Part shown: piece by piece, positions 14,339 through 27,865 of the stretch
Position numbering within the stretch: the first letter of the stretch is position 1
Layout of the letters: every line of letters starts with the position of its first letter
From: the human T2T-CHM13v2.0 reference genome, Homo sapiens
Assembly: GCF_009914755.1 (NCBI RefSeq)
Contig: NC_060926.1
DNA: 64,000 nt
Reading direction: 5' to 3' (one strand)
The notes under the pieces: model-generated
The model's database searches: none
Seen by the model: the letters and a program-made list of their open reading frames with translations, nothing else
What the model was told of the DNA's origin: nothing
Made by a program: the position numbers and the translations under genes

Positions 14339-14796
14339 GCTGGAGGAAGGCCTAAGACAAGCCTATCGCACTTGGAGATAAGATAAGCCGAGGCGGGACC
14401 TAATGGGGCCTGAATGTCTTGGCCAGAGTGCGCAGCTGAAACGGAGATGACACTTGACAGAAACCAGTGTAAAACTCTCCTTCCCTTTATTTAGCTTTTA
14501 TTTCTTGTGCTTTTCATTAAGTACAGATACTCTTTGCTTGCTTACAGAACAGGGAAGACCTGGCTTCTGAAAATTATCTTTAGGTTTTTCATTGAATTTG
14601 GTCTTATTCTGAACAATGCCTGAACGTCGAAGGTGCTCCCCTAGATAGGTTAATAGAAACCCACAGTCCAGGGCAAGAGGCCGCATCCGGGAAGCCTGTG
14701 TACAGGTGACTGGAGAGATGAGTTCTCACGGACCGTTCGGGCAACTTGGTGTTCCGGCCTGGACATTTCAGTGCTGCATTTGAAGAGGAATTATGA

Positions 14797-15321
<525 letters not shown>

Positions 15322-15421
15322 TGAAGGACAGGTGGGTTGAGCCAAATATTCATTAGCAGCCTCGTTTTACAGATGAGGAAACTTGTGCCTCAGAGAAGCT
15401 GAAGTCATCAAACCAAGGTCA

Positions 15422-15721
15422 AGCTGGATGCGGTGGCTCATGACTGTAATCCAAGGGAGGCTGAAGCGGGCGGATCACTTGAGTCCAGGAGTTCAAGTCC
15501 AGCCTGGGCAACATAGCAAAACCTGGTCTCTATAAAAAATACAAAAAATTAGCCAGTCGTGCTGGTGACACTTGTATCCCCAACTACTCAGGAGGCTGAG
15601 GTGGGAGGATTGATTGAGCCCAGCAGGTCAAGGCTGCAGTGAGCTGTGATCACGCCACTGCACTGCAGCCTGCATGACAGAGCGAGACCCTGTCTCAAAA
15701 ACAAAACAAGTAAAACAAAAA
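15422..15721 (+). mobile_element. AluJ inserted next to a MIR fragment (~15340-15420)
   Basis: AluJ diagnostics gagcccagcaggtcaaggctgcagtgagctgtgat; upstream ttttacagatgaggaaact is MIR. Confidence 0.9.
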
Positions 15722-17334
15722 GGGTCAGGCATTTGGCAGGGATGGACCCCAGTAGAATCTTCTGATCCCAGTGCCGTGACATAGGGTCCCCAGAGCAGAT
15801 GGGCTGGGTTCAGATAACGGAAGGCCACACAAGATTCTAGAATTGTCAGCAGAGGGAGGAGTTGCCTGACAGCAGCAGATTCCAGGGAGGGCCCGGATGA
15901 ACCTCCAACAGGAATGCTGATTCCGTTCTGCCTTTGATCTCCTGATTTCAAAAGAACTTGAAGTAACTTGAACCTGGCTGCCATCTGCCCAGGCATAGAT
16001 GTGTGCCAGGAGGCAGGTCTGCCTCTTAGTTGCTATGAAATAGTTTGCCCAACTTGGATGCTACGTTTCTTTAGAAAATCTTCAAGCTATCACACGTGAA
16101 TAGGCTTCTGATCGAATAAGCCCAGGGCTTCGGTGGATGGGGCATGGCTGGCAGCAGGGCCAGCGTGGCCCTGTCCTTTTGGTCCTCTGTGGCAGGGACC
16201 CAGGAAGCAGTACCCAAGGGCTGGAACCAGCGTGACCGAGGAGAACTCTCCCCTGGCCAGGGCCTAGCTCTCAAACACCAGATTCTGGGGTGGACTTAGA
16301 TCCTACAAACCCAGGCCACTGAGGCCAGGGTACCAATGTATTCATTTGACAGGAAAAAAGGGGATACTTTGGAGGTGCAGATAATGCATCCTCACTGTAC
16401 AGGTCGGGGCATGAGAGCAGAATGAGGGTCATTCGAAGGATAGAGTGTCTGTTTACTGTTTTATCTGCTGAGAAGCAGATTCCCATTTTGCCAGCACCTG
16501 TGTGTAGCCTGGACTCTGGAACTAAACTCTCTGGTCTGAGGGGTGGAGGGGGTCAAATCTTGGTGAGGAACAGTTGCATGGCTCTGCTCACTGACCTCTG
16601 TTGGGCCTTAGTTTGCTCATCTGTAAAACGGGAGTGAGAAGTTGCAGTTATGGGCGTGTGACACCTTCCCAGTCACGCTCCTATGCAGGGAGATGTGGCT
16701 CTGGCATACAGAAGCTGAACTCACAGTGATGGTGACAGAGGCTGGAGGCTGGGGGGCTTGCAGTGTCTGTATCCAGTTGGCTCCAGGGATGGCCCCACCC
16801 CTGTCCTCACCTCGGTGTGATTTTAGGGGCCACAGTCTGTTCCTGTTTTTTCTTAGCTGGTTTGAGTTGGGTTTTGAGAGTCCTAAAACCCACCCAAGAT
16901 GGCCCTAGGTACCTGCCCTCTGTGGGGTACATTGCTCCAGTGGGACTGCAGGCTTTGGGGCTCCCCGTTAGCACCCCAACTGCTCCCGGCTCCTGGCTGT
17001 CACTCGGTGAAGTTTGCCACGGCTTCCCCTGTTGGTGGCGTTTTTCCTGTGCCTGACTGACTAGGTACCCTCCTAACTCCTAACTAAACATAGGTTTTCT
17101 TTTTCTATGCTTTAGTAGTTATTTCTCATAACAAAAATATGCTCTCAGTGTCACAGTTATTTTTAATAAATGTATCTTTCCAGACTGTTCTCTGTGCATG
17201 TGCATAATATTTTAGCCTCAGATGGGTTCCTCATGGGCACCTTCTTAAGGTGTCATTGCCTGTAGTCGCCTCGGTGGCACTGGACCTCTTTAGAGTGGCT
17301 TTGCTTCTTTACAGGGTTTCATTATTTTTTTTAA

Positions 17335-17800
17335 AAAGTTTTATTGAAATGAAGTTCACATAACATATAATTTACCATTTTGAAATGTCACAATTCTGTG
17401 CTGTATAGAATATTCACAAAGTTGTGCAACCACCACCTCTTATCACATCTCCAGAACATTTTTTCAACCCTAAAGGGCACCCATTAGCAGTCGCTGCCCC
17501 TCCTTCCCGCCCCTGACAACCACTGCTCTGCTTTCGGTTTCTATGGATTCCTGTGGATTTGTGTATCCTGGACATGACTTATAAATGGAACCATACAATA
17601 GGTGGCCTTTGGTGACTGTCTTGTTTTCACTGCAGAGTGTTTCCAGGGTTCATCCACGTGGCAGCATGTGTCAAAATCCCATTCCTTTTTATGGCTGCAT
17701 AATATTCCATTGTATGGCTATGTCACATTTTGTTTACACTTTCATTCGTTGATGGACATTTGGGTCGTTGCCACCTTTTGGCTGTTGTGACTGGTGCTAC
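17335..17800 (-). mobile_element. L1MB-like 3' region
   Basis: ttattgaaatgaagttcacataacat, ttgtgcaaccaccacc, ggctgcataatattccattgtatgg and gttgatggacatttggg. Confidence 0.85.
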
Positions 17801-19510
17801 TAGGATTCATGTATTTGATGGTCTAATTCTGTTCTAAGAGCTGTCTTCTCTCATTTCCAAGTTCTTGGAGAGATCCCTGGCTTTTGATTCCTTCTCCTCC
17901 ACCCCATGCCTATCCCCAGGATTTTATGAATCTCCCAGGAGGTAGGGCTTGGTATGTTGTTGAACTCACTGTTGGCATGGACCAGCAAGGGTCGCTGTCA
18001 CATAAAGGCCTGTGTTAGGTGCCATCCGCCTGCAGATCCCCCTGGGTGTTAACACAGGACTGCGAGGAAGCACTGCTTGTGGAGAGCAGGATAGTCAACA
18101 ACAGACCTAGGCCAGGTGTTTGCCCAGGTGTCACACAGGAGGCTTGCTGTGCAAAGGCAGCTTCCTGGGCATGCCCTGTGCTGGCCATGTCTGTCTGTCT
18201 GTCTGTCTGTCCCTCCCAGCCCTGCTGTGCTGTTGGCCCAGGGAGTGGTCTGAATTGGCTGTACCCCAGGGGGCTCCCCTGACTTCTGGCTTGCGGTGGA
18301 GAGGGAGGTGTCAGGGGAGCCCCTCGCCTGGGGCTCACTCCGGCTCCCCTGACTGGGGGTCCCTGTCTCCCCCAGGTTCCAGTGGAGGCTTCCCCCTTCC
18401 CCACTTCCCTGGCGTCACTTCCCCCAGGGGTCCCTTCACTGTTGTAAATTGTCCCTTTCCTGTTGGGGCCTTGAGTGATGTCTCAGCCCTACTGAGTGAA
18501 GATCTCCAAGGCAGGCCCAGAACCTGCATTTTAACAAATCTTCCCCTGACACCTTGAGCCCCTCAGAGCTGCTGAACCCCCGCCTCCGCCACCCTGCTTA
18601 GTTGTTGATCTTGGCTTCCTCGTGTCCAGGCTACAGGCTGACCTCTCTTGTGCTTCTGCCTTTCAGAGCTTCAAAGGAAGCACATGTTTGCTGAACCCTC
18701 CCAGGGATCCAGGCTTTGCAGGTTTCACACACATCTTACAAAATGCAGTGGGGGCAGAACGAGAGGAGAGCCAGAGCATGCTGGCTTTGGGAGGGGTGGC
18801 CCATTGTAAACAAGCCAGCCCTGGCCGTCCCAGGGTCCCAGGCAGGCTGGCTTGGTTGGGTCTACACACAGCCAAGCACTCTTAGCTCCTGCAATTGGAA
18901 TCCCGCTCTTGCGTGCCCGCCTGTGTTCCTGGCTGTGGGAGGCGCCAGAGAGAGGTTTTGATCCCTGGGGGAGTAGGAAGCCGGCCCAGCCCCTGCAGCT
19001 GTCTGGCCCCAGCCACTAATCCTGGGCAGGAGCCGCCTGTCCTGGCATGGTGCTGGGCTGGCTGGAGTGGAGTGACCTGAGAATGGGGCCTGCTTTGTAC
19101 CCAGAGCACACGCCGGCCACAGCTTTTACGACCTAGCGAGCAGGACGGGAAAAGGCCAGCAGGTGGGAGATGGGAGTCAGCCTTGGTCTCCTTTGTCTTT
19201 GCGGGCTTTGTTCCGCGAGGATTTTTTCTTTCCTGCCCTTTTCCTTTGGGCTGAGCGTGAGTGTGTTCAGAAAATCTCAGAGCGGCCACTTGCTGCCCCG
19301 GGGGGTATCATACGCATCATGGGTTTGGTCAAGAGTGGATCCATCAAAAATCTGTGGGGTAGCATTTTTTAGGAAACGAAGCATAGTGCCTTTTATTCCT
19401 AATGGATTTTTAGCTGTGATATAAAAGCACTCCCGGAAAGAAGCCAGCGGATGAAGGTCCCGATGGTGCTGGGCTGGCTGCAGGCGGGACCACAGGACTC
19501 TCAGAAGCAG

Positions 19511-19580
19511 AGGGCCTGTGCTCCCAAGGGCCTGTGCTCTCAGGGGCCTGTGCTCTCAGGAGTCTGTGGACTCAGGGGCC
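19511..19580. repeat. Short tandem repeat, ~16-17 bp x4
   Basis: Iterated gggcctgtgctctca-like unit. Confidence 0.75.
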
Positions 19581-20327
19581 CCCCTCGCTCTGCTTTGCCA
19601 GGGGCCACCCAGTCTAGATTTCTGCTGGGCCAGCACCCCTTGGGCTCTCCGATGAGACTGGCAAGGCCAAGCATGTGAGGCCTGTTCCCAAATGGAAGCG
19701 TCCGTCTGTACTACTGCACGGCTGCCAAGACCCTCCAGCTCTGACCCTCCATCTGGGTTTTGCCTGGGGATTCAAAGAGGGGCTGGGTTAGGGGAGATAA
19801 AGGGAGGGGGACTAGGGCAGGACCTCCGTGACAACAGCAACATGGCTGATGCACCTGGTGTTTAGTGATGAAGATTGGGGGTGCCACGCCGCATCTGTGT
19901 GTCCTTAGACAAGTTCATTCCCCAAATCCATTCCATTTCCTCTACTCATCGGATCTGCTTCAGAGACTTAAACGAGCTGACGGAACATTTAGCACAGGGC
20001 CTGGCCACGGGTAAAGGATGTCATCTTCCCCCGGTCAGAATGGAAATGAATTCCATTTCCTAGGGTCGGGTGAGCCCACACCTGTGAAATCAAGTAGAGG
20101 GGAGGGAGGGGAGGGAGTGGAGGCAGTTGAGTGGGAGAGTCCAGGTGAGACAGGTGAGTCCCTGCAGGAAGGCAGGAGCAGGAGGCACAGAGGGGAGCTG
20201 GTCAGAGATGTCAGAGATGGAGAGATGGCAGGTGGGGTCCAGAGCAGCTCCTCCCTGCTTCCTCCAGGTTGCAGTGGAGACCAAATGGCCTGAAAAGCCC
20301 CAGATACTGACTCTCTGATCCTTTACC

Positions 20328-20552
20328 ACAGAGCTTCTCACCTGGGGCGACCTTGCCTCTCCCAGCCCCCCAGGGACACTTGGCAATGTCTGGAGATTTG
20401 TGATTGTCACCACGCAGGGAGGAGGGAGGAGGTTCCAACCGGCATGGAGTGGGTAGAGCCTGAGGACGCTGCTGCAGATCGTGCAGTGCCCAGGACAGCC
20501 CACACAAAGATGGATCCGGCCCCAAATGTCAGCAGTGATAAGGTGGAGAAAT
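20328..20552. mobile_element. MER20
   Basis: cagggacacttggcaatgtctggaga...ggcatggagtgggtagag...caggacagccc...ggccccaaatgtcagcagtg. Confidence 0.85.
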
Positions 20553-23339
20553 GGTTTTCCAGAGAGTTTGCTGTTTCACCTAGAGAATTGATTGACTGGT
20601 TTTGGAGGAAGGAGGAATTTAGGATGAGGGATTTCTGGGCGCTGCCAGTTGCTAAGTGGGGAAGAAGAGACCAGGCGTGCAGTGCTTGAGAGGCTGCGGC
20701 CATCCTGAGCCCGGGCTGCGGCCATCCTGAGCCCGTGGGGGCAGTTTTGGGTAGTGCTGAGGAGGCAGGGTAGAGACACGGTTTGGCCATCAGCAGAGAT
20801 GCCCCTAGCCATGCCCAGGGTGGACTCAGGCACCCGAGGAGAATGCGCCAGCGAGGAGACCAGCAGAGCAGGGATGGGCACCGGAGAGGTTGGACGTCAA
20901 GGGCAGGCAGGGGAGGAGACCCTCTGAAGGAGGCCAAGAAGGACCAGCCGTTGGGGGTGGAGGATGCCGCGTGAGCTGCACCCCTGCGGGAAAGGGAGAG
21001 TCGCAGCTGGGTGGCTTGGAGGTTTCAGAGCTGTCAGGAAAGCTGCCCTGGGACTTGGCCCTCTGTGTGGCCTTCCTCTCCAGACTGGGTGGGAACAGTG
21101 TCGTGAGCCATTAGGTGGGATCTGGTGCCCGGAGAGGTGTGGCACAGCTTGAGGGGCCACCGCAGGATGTGTATAAGCTGAAAGGAAGGAGGCCTGTTTG
21201 CCACCCTGACCTCCCAGCTCAGCCAGCCTGAAGCCCTGGGTTGGGACAGCCCCTTGGTGGGAGGGAGGCCCTTTGATGCAGCTGGGGCTCTGTGGTCGCC
21301 TGGCATGAGCTCTGGGCTGCAGCCTCCCTGCAGGGCCCAGGAGGGCCAGAGAGAAAACGCCAGGAAGAACCAGCCGAGGCCTACTCAGGAACCATGGCGA
21401 AATAAAGCAGGAGGCGGAGAACGCTTGAGGTGCTACCTCTTGTACCGCTTCTCCTTGTAGGTGGTTATTTTCTCCTCATTCTCTTTTTGGTACCCTTTGT
21501 GTAGAATAATGCTCCTTAGGTACTTTCTAGTTGGAGACAAGAAAGAAGCTTCTCCAAGCTCCCCTTGGTTCTGGCAGTGTCCTCTGGCTCTGGATCACTC
21601 TTGGTGCCCTTTCCAAGCACCTCTCCCTACTCGCTGTAAAAACTCCAAGGCAAACAAGCTGTGAATTATCAAAAGGCCACCGGCCTCTGGTGAACTCATT
21701 CTCCCGCTAGGAAACCTGTTGGGTAGGTTTTGTTCTATTTTATCTCCACCTGGTATGGGCTTGTAGCAGAGGCCCTACTGAAAAACGGGGTGATTCACAC
21801 ACTTTGCTCATTTATGCTTTGCTTTAAAAAAGAAAGCAATGGGAGCAGCTGGCTGCTGCCTGCCTGTTTTTGTCTGACTGTCCTGTAAGCTCTACCACAC
21901 CAGCACAACACCGGGGTTCCAGCTGGCTTACAGGGGCTGGGCTGACATTTGCCCAAGGGACAGGTGGACGGACAGCTTGTGTTCTCTGGGATTGTCTAGA
22001 AATCAGCTGATTTGCATAAGAATGTTTCCCCATAGCTGAGAGCTTAATGTTCATCACTGACCCATTGGTGAGTTTGTTGAAATAGAGATGGTTCCGGGTA
22101 GAATATACTTGCCTCCTAGCACCTGAAGGACTATTACTTGGGATAACCAGGCTTCCCAGAGTGCTCTCTGGGCCCTCCTGCTGCCCAGCTCCCCTCTGAG
22201 CTCTGCAGGTGCCATCCGGCCTGCAGTGTGTGTCTGTCTGCCGTGGGCCTCCACTCTGCAAAGGCAGTTGTCCCCTCCACTTCCAAGGAACAAAACTCAG
22301 AGGCTCGCTCCAGTATGGTGGGATGGTTGAAAGGACCAAAGTGTCACTGAATGAGCCAGAGATAAGAGGATCTTAAAGGAGAGTTTGGGAGAGGGGCCGT
22401 GGTGTGGTGTGCCTGGGACCCTGGAGGACGGAGCTCCTAGGTCATTGTGTCTAAGAGTGCTTTGGGGATTCAGCTCCTTCCGTTGGCCTCCATTATTTCT
22501 TGGCTTCTCTGTTGTGTCTCTTCTCTCTCTCCTTGGCCTCTTTCTGCATCTGTGTCTGCTCTTTGCTAGCCGGCCTGCCTTTGATGGTAACTGTTCTCTG
22601 GGGTCTTGCCCTTGACTCTTGCCTCCTTCCCATATCCTTGATCTGGATCTCTCTATGGATCTCTCCCCAAATGTCTATTCCAGATCTAATCAAGATTTAC
22701 CTCTCACTGCCAGAGCCATGTGTTTGCTCCTCACGTGGGTACCCTATGTTGGCATGTCCAGGAGAAAACCTCTACCTTCCTTTTTCTCCATGCTGCCCAC
22801 ATTCAGCCTATTTTGGAGATCCCAGCTAATAGCGTCTTTGTGGTTTCCGCTCGCCACCTCCATGTCACCCCCAGGACCTGCCTCTTGCTCCTGGGAAAGT
22901 GTGTTAGTCTCTCCTCTCCTCAAACCTTCCCTGCCGTGGTATAGATGCTCAGTCACCTCCTTCTGGTGAGTGCTGGAGCTTCCTGGAGGGTCTTTCTTCA
23001 GGGTTACCTCCTGCTTGTCTACCCTTCGTCCCATCCCCGGGATCCCCCTCCTTGGCAGCCTGACTTGCAGATTAGAGACCCCTCCCCATGGTGCACACGG
23101 CCCCTATGGCTCCCACCCCAGGTTTTCTCCATAAACCTTGAGCCAGTATACCTTCATGCACCAGAAATGATGGGTGTTTCTGTGAGCCCCCTTTGCTCTG
23201 TCCCTGGGCCCACCCCACTTCATCTCCAGTTGCCTGTCTGAGTCCTGTGGCACTGACCTCCCGTGCTGGGCCCAGCCTGCTTCATGGGGAGGCCCGCAGG
23301 GCAAGATGCACACAGTAGGCCCCAGAACTACTCGGTCCA

Positions 23340-23526
23340 GCTGTTTGGTGGCTGGAAAACCTTGGACAAGAGGCTTGGCTTCTCTGCATCTCGGTTTCCT
23401 CATTTGTGAAATAGAGGTCATAATCCTTATCTGTCTCATAGGGCACTTGTGATACACAAATGAATTAACACATTGAAAGCTTTTAGAATGGTGCCTGACA
23501 CACACCCAGCAGCCAATGAATGTTGC
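23340..23526. mobile_element. MIR
   Basis: ccttggacaag, ctcggtttcctcatttgtgaaatagagg and ttagaatggtgcctgacaca. Confidence 0.85.
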
Positions 23527-23532
23527 AGGGCA

Positions 23533-24506
23533 TACTGGTTCCCTAGGGCTGCTGTAACACAGTGCCAAGGACTGCGTGCCTTAAAGCAGAAACACATTCT
23601 CACAGTCTGGAGGCTGGAGCCTGAAAGCAAGATGTTGGCAGTACTGTGTCTCTCCAAAGACTCTAGGAGAACCCTTCCCCGCTCTCCAAGGACAACCCTT
23701 CCTCCCTCTCCTAGAACCCTTCTTCCCTCTCCTAGGAGAACCTTTCCTCCCTCTCCTAGAACCCTTCCTCACTCTCCTAGGAGAACCCTTCCTCCCTCTC
23801 CTAGGAGAACCCTTCCTCCCTCTCCTAGGAGAACCCTTCCTCCCTCTCCTAGGAGAAACCTTCCTCCCTCTTCTAGAACCCTTCCTCCCTCTCCTAGGAG
23901 AGCCCTTCCTCCCTCTTCTAGGAGAACCCTTTCTCTCTCTCCTAGAACCCTTCTTCCCTCTTCTAGGAGAACCCTTCCTGTCTCTCCTAGAACCCTTCCT
24001 CCCTCTCCTGAAACCCTTCCTCCCTCTTCTAGGAGAACCCTTCCTCCCTCTCCTAGGAGAACCCTTCCTCCCTCTTCTAGAACCCTTCCTTACTCTCCTA
24101 GGAGAACCCTTCCTCCCTCTCCTAGGAGAACCCTTCCTCCCTCTCCTAGGAGAACCCTTCCTCCCTCTCCTAGAACCCTTCCTCTCTCTCCTAGGAGAAC
24201 CCTTCCTCTCTCCTAGCTTCTGGTGGTTTTTGGCAGTCTTCGTTAGCTTAAAGCCACGTTCCTTCAAAAAATATCTGCCTTCATTGTTATGTGGCCCTCT
24301 TCTGTCTGTGTCTCTGTACTGGATTTAAATTTCCCTCTTATAAGGACACCAGTGATTGGAGTTAGAGCCCATCCTAATTCCGTATGACCTCATCTTAACT
24401 TCGTCACATCTGCAAAGACTGTATTTCCAAATGTGGTAAAATGTACAGGTACCAGGAGTTAGGACTTGAACACATCTTTTGGGGTGACTCAGTTCCACCC
24501 ATAACA
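23533..24506. mobile_element. MLT1B-like solo LTR interrupted by a minisatellite
   Basis: cctagggctgctgtaaca...cacagtctggaggctgg before the array; ctagcttctggtgg...ttataaggacaccagt...catctgcaaagac...cccataaca after it. Confidence 0.85.
23663..24214. repeat. Minisatellite, 24/21-bp units (ctaggagaacccttcctccctctc), ~24 copies
   Basis: Directly visible array; 24 units counted from the periodic translation SPR(R)TLPP. Confidence 0.96.
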
Positions 24507-25651
24507 GTGGCTCTCGCTGTCTTCCCTGGATCGTAGTCTCTATGATAGCTCTCATCTGTGTCTTTGTCATTTCCGTAAACCTGCTGAGAACAGCGACAGT
24601 CTTGCTTTTCTTTGTATTCCTGGCAAAGGCTCAGTACCTGTGTATTTAGTGAATGTCCTTCCTCTCGACTTACATTAAGGAAGACTCCAGTTCTGATAAC
24701 TCTCTGTTTGTCAGAACATGTGCCTGTACCAGCTGGAAATGAGAAGGATATGAGCATAAGAAGTCTTGCTTTTGGGAAGCAGCCCCATTCATATACAAGG
24801 AGATGGATGGGAGCCACCCTGAAGCCCTCCTTGCAGTTGATTAGTGTCCGTTGAGCGGTTGCTGCTGCATTCCAGGCTCTGGGTGGGGGATGGGATTCTG
24901 AGAGACAGGCATAGCCCTTGCTGACCCGGAGCACACAGCTTGGCTGGAGAGACACACAATTCAATAAGCTGTTACAATAAAGTGATTAGGTCCTATTATA
25001 GGGAAAGCATGGGGCTGGTGCCCGCACACTCAGTGTGGATGCAGGGAGCAGCTTATTGGTTTAAACACTCTGGCATCTTCCCTCCAGCTGCTCATGAATG
25101 TTACGGGGCGCTGACAGTGGCTCAGGGTACTGGCAGGGACAGCCAGCCCAGAGGAGACACAAGAACGGCAACTGGGATGGGAAGCGCCCTGACCTCGGCA
25201 GACCATCCCTGGGGTCCCTGCTGCACACAGCACAGTTCAGTGATTGACAGCCACAGCCAGTGACCCAGCGTCTTCACCCCACAGACAGGTCATTGCTGAC
25301 CAGGCTCCACTTACACAGGTTGAGAAGGGTGGTGGCTACAAATGTGTCCTGTAACGTTCTATAAATGGGAGCCGAGGGGACGCCTGAGTTGTCTGCCAAG
25401 TTTTCTTCCTGGTTGTCATGTTTGGATCATTGTACATCCCACCTAAAGAAAGCACACCCTGTGTCTGAGTGGGGACAATAACCAGCCGCACCGCAAGGGA
25501 GGGCTCTTCCTTTTGCTGCCGGGTGACCTGTGTGCCTGCAGGCCTGGCCTGACCCCAAGCCTCGCTCATAGTTCCCTCCTTTCACCTGCCTGGCCGGCTG
25601 GGCTGCAGTGCCTGCAGGGTGCAACGGCTCTTGCTATCACCCACCTTACTC

Positions 25652-25739
25652 CTCGGAGTGCATTACGCACATCTAACCCTAAAATGCGTTTCCATCTCGG
25701 AGTGCATTACGCACTTCTAACCCCAACATGCATTTCCAA
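25652..25739. repeat. 44-bp tandem duplication
   Basis: ctcggagtgcattacgcac at 25652 and 25696. Confidence 0.9.
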
Positions 25740-26782
25740 CTCATGCCGTGCCATTGTCCCAACTTAGTCCCCACTGTGGTCCAAGGAGCAGGAGGAAGGA
25801 GACAGGGATGAGTTTTTAATATTTTACCAAGGATCAGGTGAGAAAGCCAAGGACCACACCAGATGAGTGCACAGGCCTCCAGGAGCAGGGCTGGCCTTTC
25901 TGCGCCTAGGCTGTGGGGCTGGAGGCCGGACGCCGAATGTGCACGCTCCCTAAATGCAGATGGTGACACAGCTTTTCTCCCAGGCTGTGGAAATTTCAGC
26001 CCACTCACAATAAAAAGAAATGTTTCCAAAACAGCCTTTCTGTTCCCTGGTCTTTTCCCAGAATGAATCTTGAATCAGCAGAGGTGAGATTCAGTTGTGA
26101 GAGAAGACACATTAAAACCCTAAGTGCTGACTCGCAAGGCACATCTGGCCAGCGTGGGAAGGGAGGAGGTCTTCAGGCCTCCGCTGTCCGAGTGGCTTTC
26201 TCCCTGGCCTGTGTGGTTCGCTGCCAGCCCTTCCTCCCTTCTGTGCAGAAGGTCCAGCCCGTGTTCCCCACAATCACGCAGGAACCTTGTGTATGGAGCT
26301 GTTCCCCCTTCTCCAGTTGTCTCCGGTGTCTGGGCAGTCCATGTGCTTCCCAGCACTCCTGCAGGCTGGGGTCTCCCGCCCTTGGCTGGTTTTCACTCAG
26401 CTCCTACCAGCTGCTGGAAATTTCTCCTTGGAGTTTGATCTTAGAGCTGTGACTAGGGATGGGCATTCATTTGCATTAGTAATTATTTTGTTAGTTGGTG
26501 CATATACCGCTGCAGACGAGTTGGGCCCCACCAGGAGGAACTTGATTTTCTGGGGAGATCAACACTGCCTCAAGAGCTCCCAATGTAACTGTTGGACTGA
26601 GGGTAAGGGGGTTTTGCCTGCAGTCGCTTCCAGGGTCTCCGTTCTGCTCTGTCCTTTTATTCCCAAGCCTCTCCCCCCATTTTCTAATGGTTTGAGCGCA
26701 TTCCTAGTTAATTGCAATGTTCAGATAGTTCCAGTATCTTAGTGAAAGTTAGTGTGAAAGCCCCAGTGATTTGGTTGCCATC

Positions 26783-27080
26783 AAGAAATGCCTTTGCCCA
26801 GGGTCACCTGGTGAGTAAGCGGAGTGTGAAGATTAACCTCTTTGTGCCTCAGTTTCCTCAGCTATAAAACAGAATGATAATATTAACCCCCTCCTAGGAT
26901 TGATTTCAGATGCAAATGATTACTACTATCTACCATATATAAACAATGTACTTATAGAATATATGTGTATTATGTACTATTGTTTTCTATAAAATTGTTA
27001 TTTACTAAAAGGTTTATCATAATATTATTAGCTATTAAAGTATATGTTAATCAACTTAAAAAAAAAAGAAATGCCTTTGC
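26783..27080 (+). other. Orphan retroposed insertion with TSD and poly(A)
   Basis: AAGAAATGCCTTTGC at 26783-26797 and 27066-27080; ATTAAA at 27034-27039; A-run 27058-27067. Confidence 0.75.
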
Positions 27081-27441
27081 GTGGCTCTTACGGTGACATA
27101 GCAGGATTTTGTAAATTGCACGGTGGATATAGAGGTGTAATTACCCGTTGCCTGCCGACATCAGCCTGATCCTTCAGGAATGTTTGGCGAGCAGGATCGG
27201 GCGATGCCGGATACTTTGGGCTCTTAGGAAAGTCCACTCAGCGAGCGTGGAGGCTGGCCGAGTTTTGTGGTGGAGGCCTCGTCCCTCTTTTTTGGGAGCT
27301 TACCCTCTGTGTGCTCTTGGAGTCTGCATTGTGTTAGATGTTGGAGGCGCTGGGGAAGAAGTGCCCACATGGCATTGGGGGAAATGAGTTCTGAGAATAG
27401 GGGTGTGTCCCAGCCTTCTCAGTTTTAGCCTTTAGGGAAAT

Positions 27442-27865
27442 GTTTGTTTCCTGGGGCCACCATAACAAAGCACCACCAGCCAGGTGTCTTCCCCGTGGAC
27501 ATCTATTCTCAGTTCGGGAAGCCTGATGTCCACAATCAAGTGTCAGCAGAGCTGTTCCTCCCGAGGCTGTGAGGGAGAATCTGTCCCATTCTCCGCTCCT
27601 GGCTTCCACTCCTTGGCATCCCTTCTTGGCTTGCGGTTGGTCACCTTCTCACCGGGTCTTCACATCACCTTTCCTTGTTTGCATCTCTCTGTGTCCACAT
27701 TTCCTCTTTGTATAAATGAGGATGCCAGTCCTATTGGATTAGGGCCCCCCAGTCACTTCATCTTAACTTGATCATCTGCAAAGACCTTCTTTCCAAAGAC
27801 AGTCACATTTACAGCTACTGGGGATGAGGACTTCAGCATCTTTAGAAGGGACAAAGTGTAATAAA
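27442..27865. mobile_element. MLT1C-like solo LTR
   Basis: ccataacaaagcacca, gaggctgtgagggagaatctgtccc, attggattagggccc and catctgcaaagacc. Confidence 0.8.
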
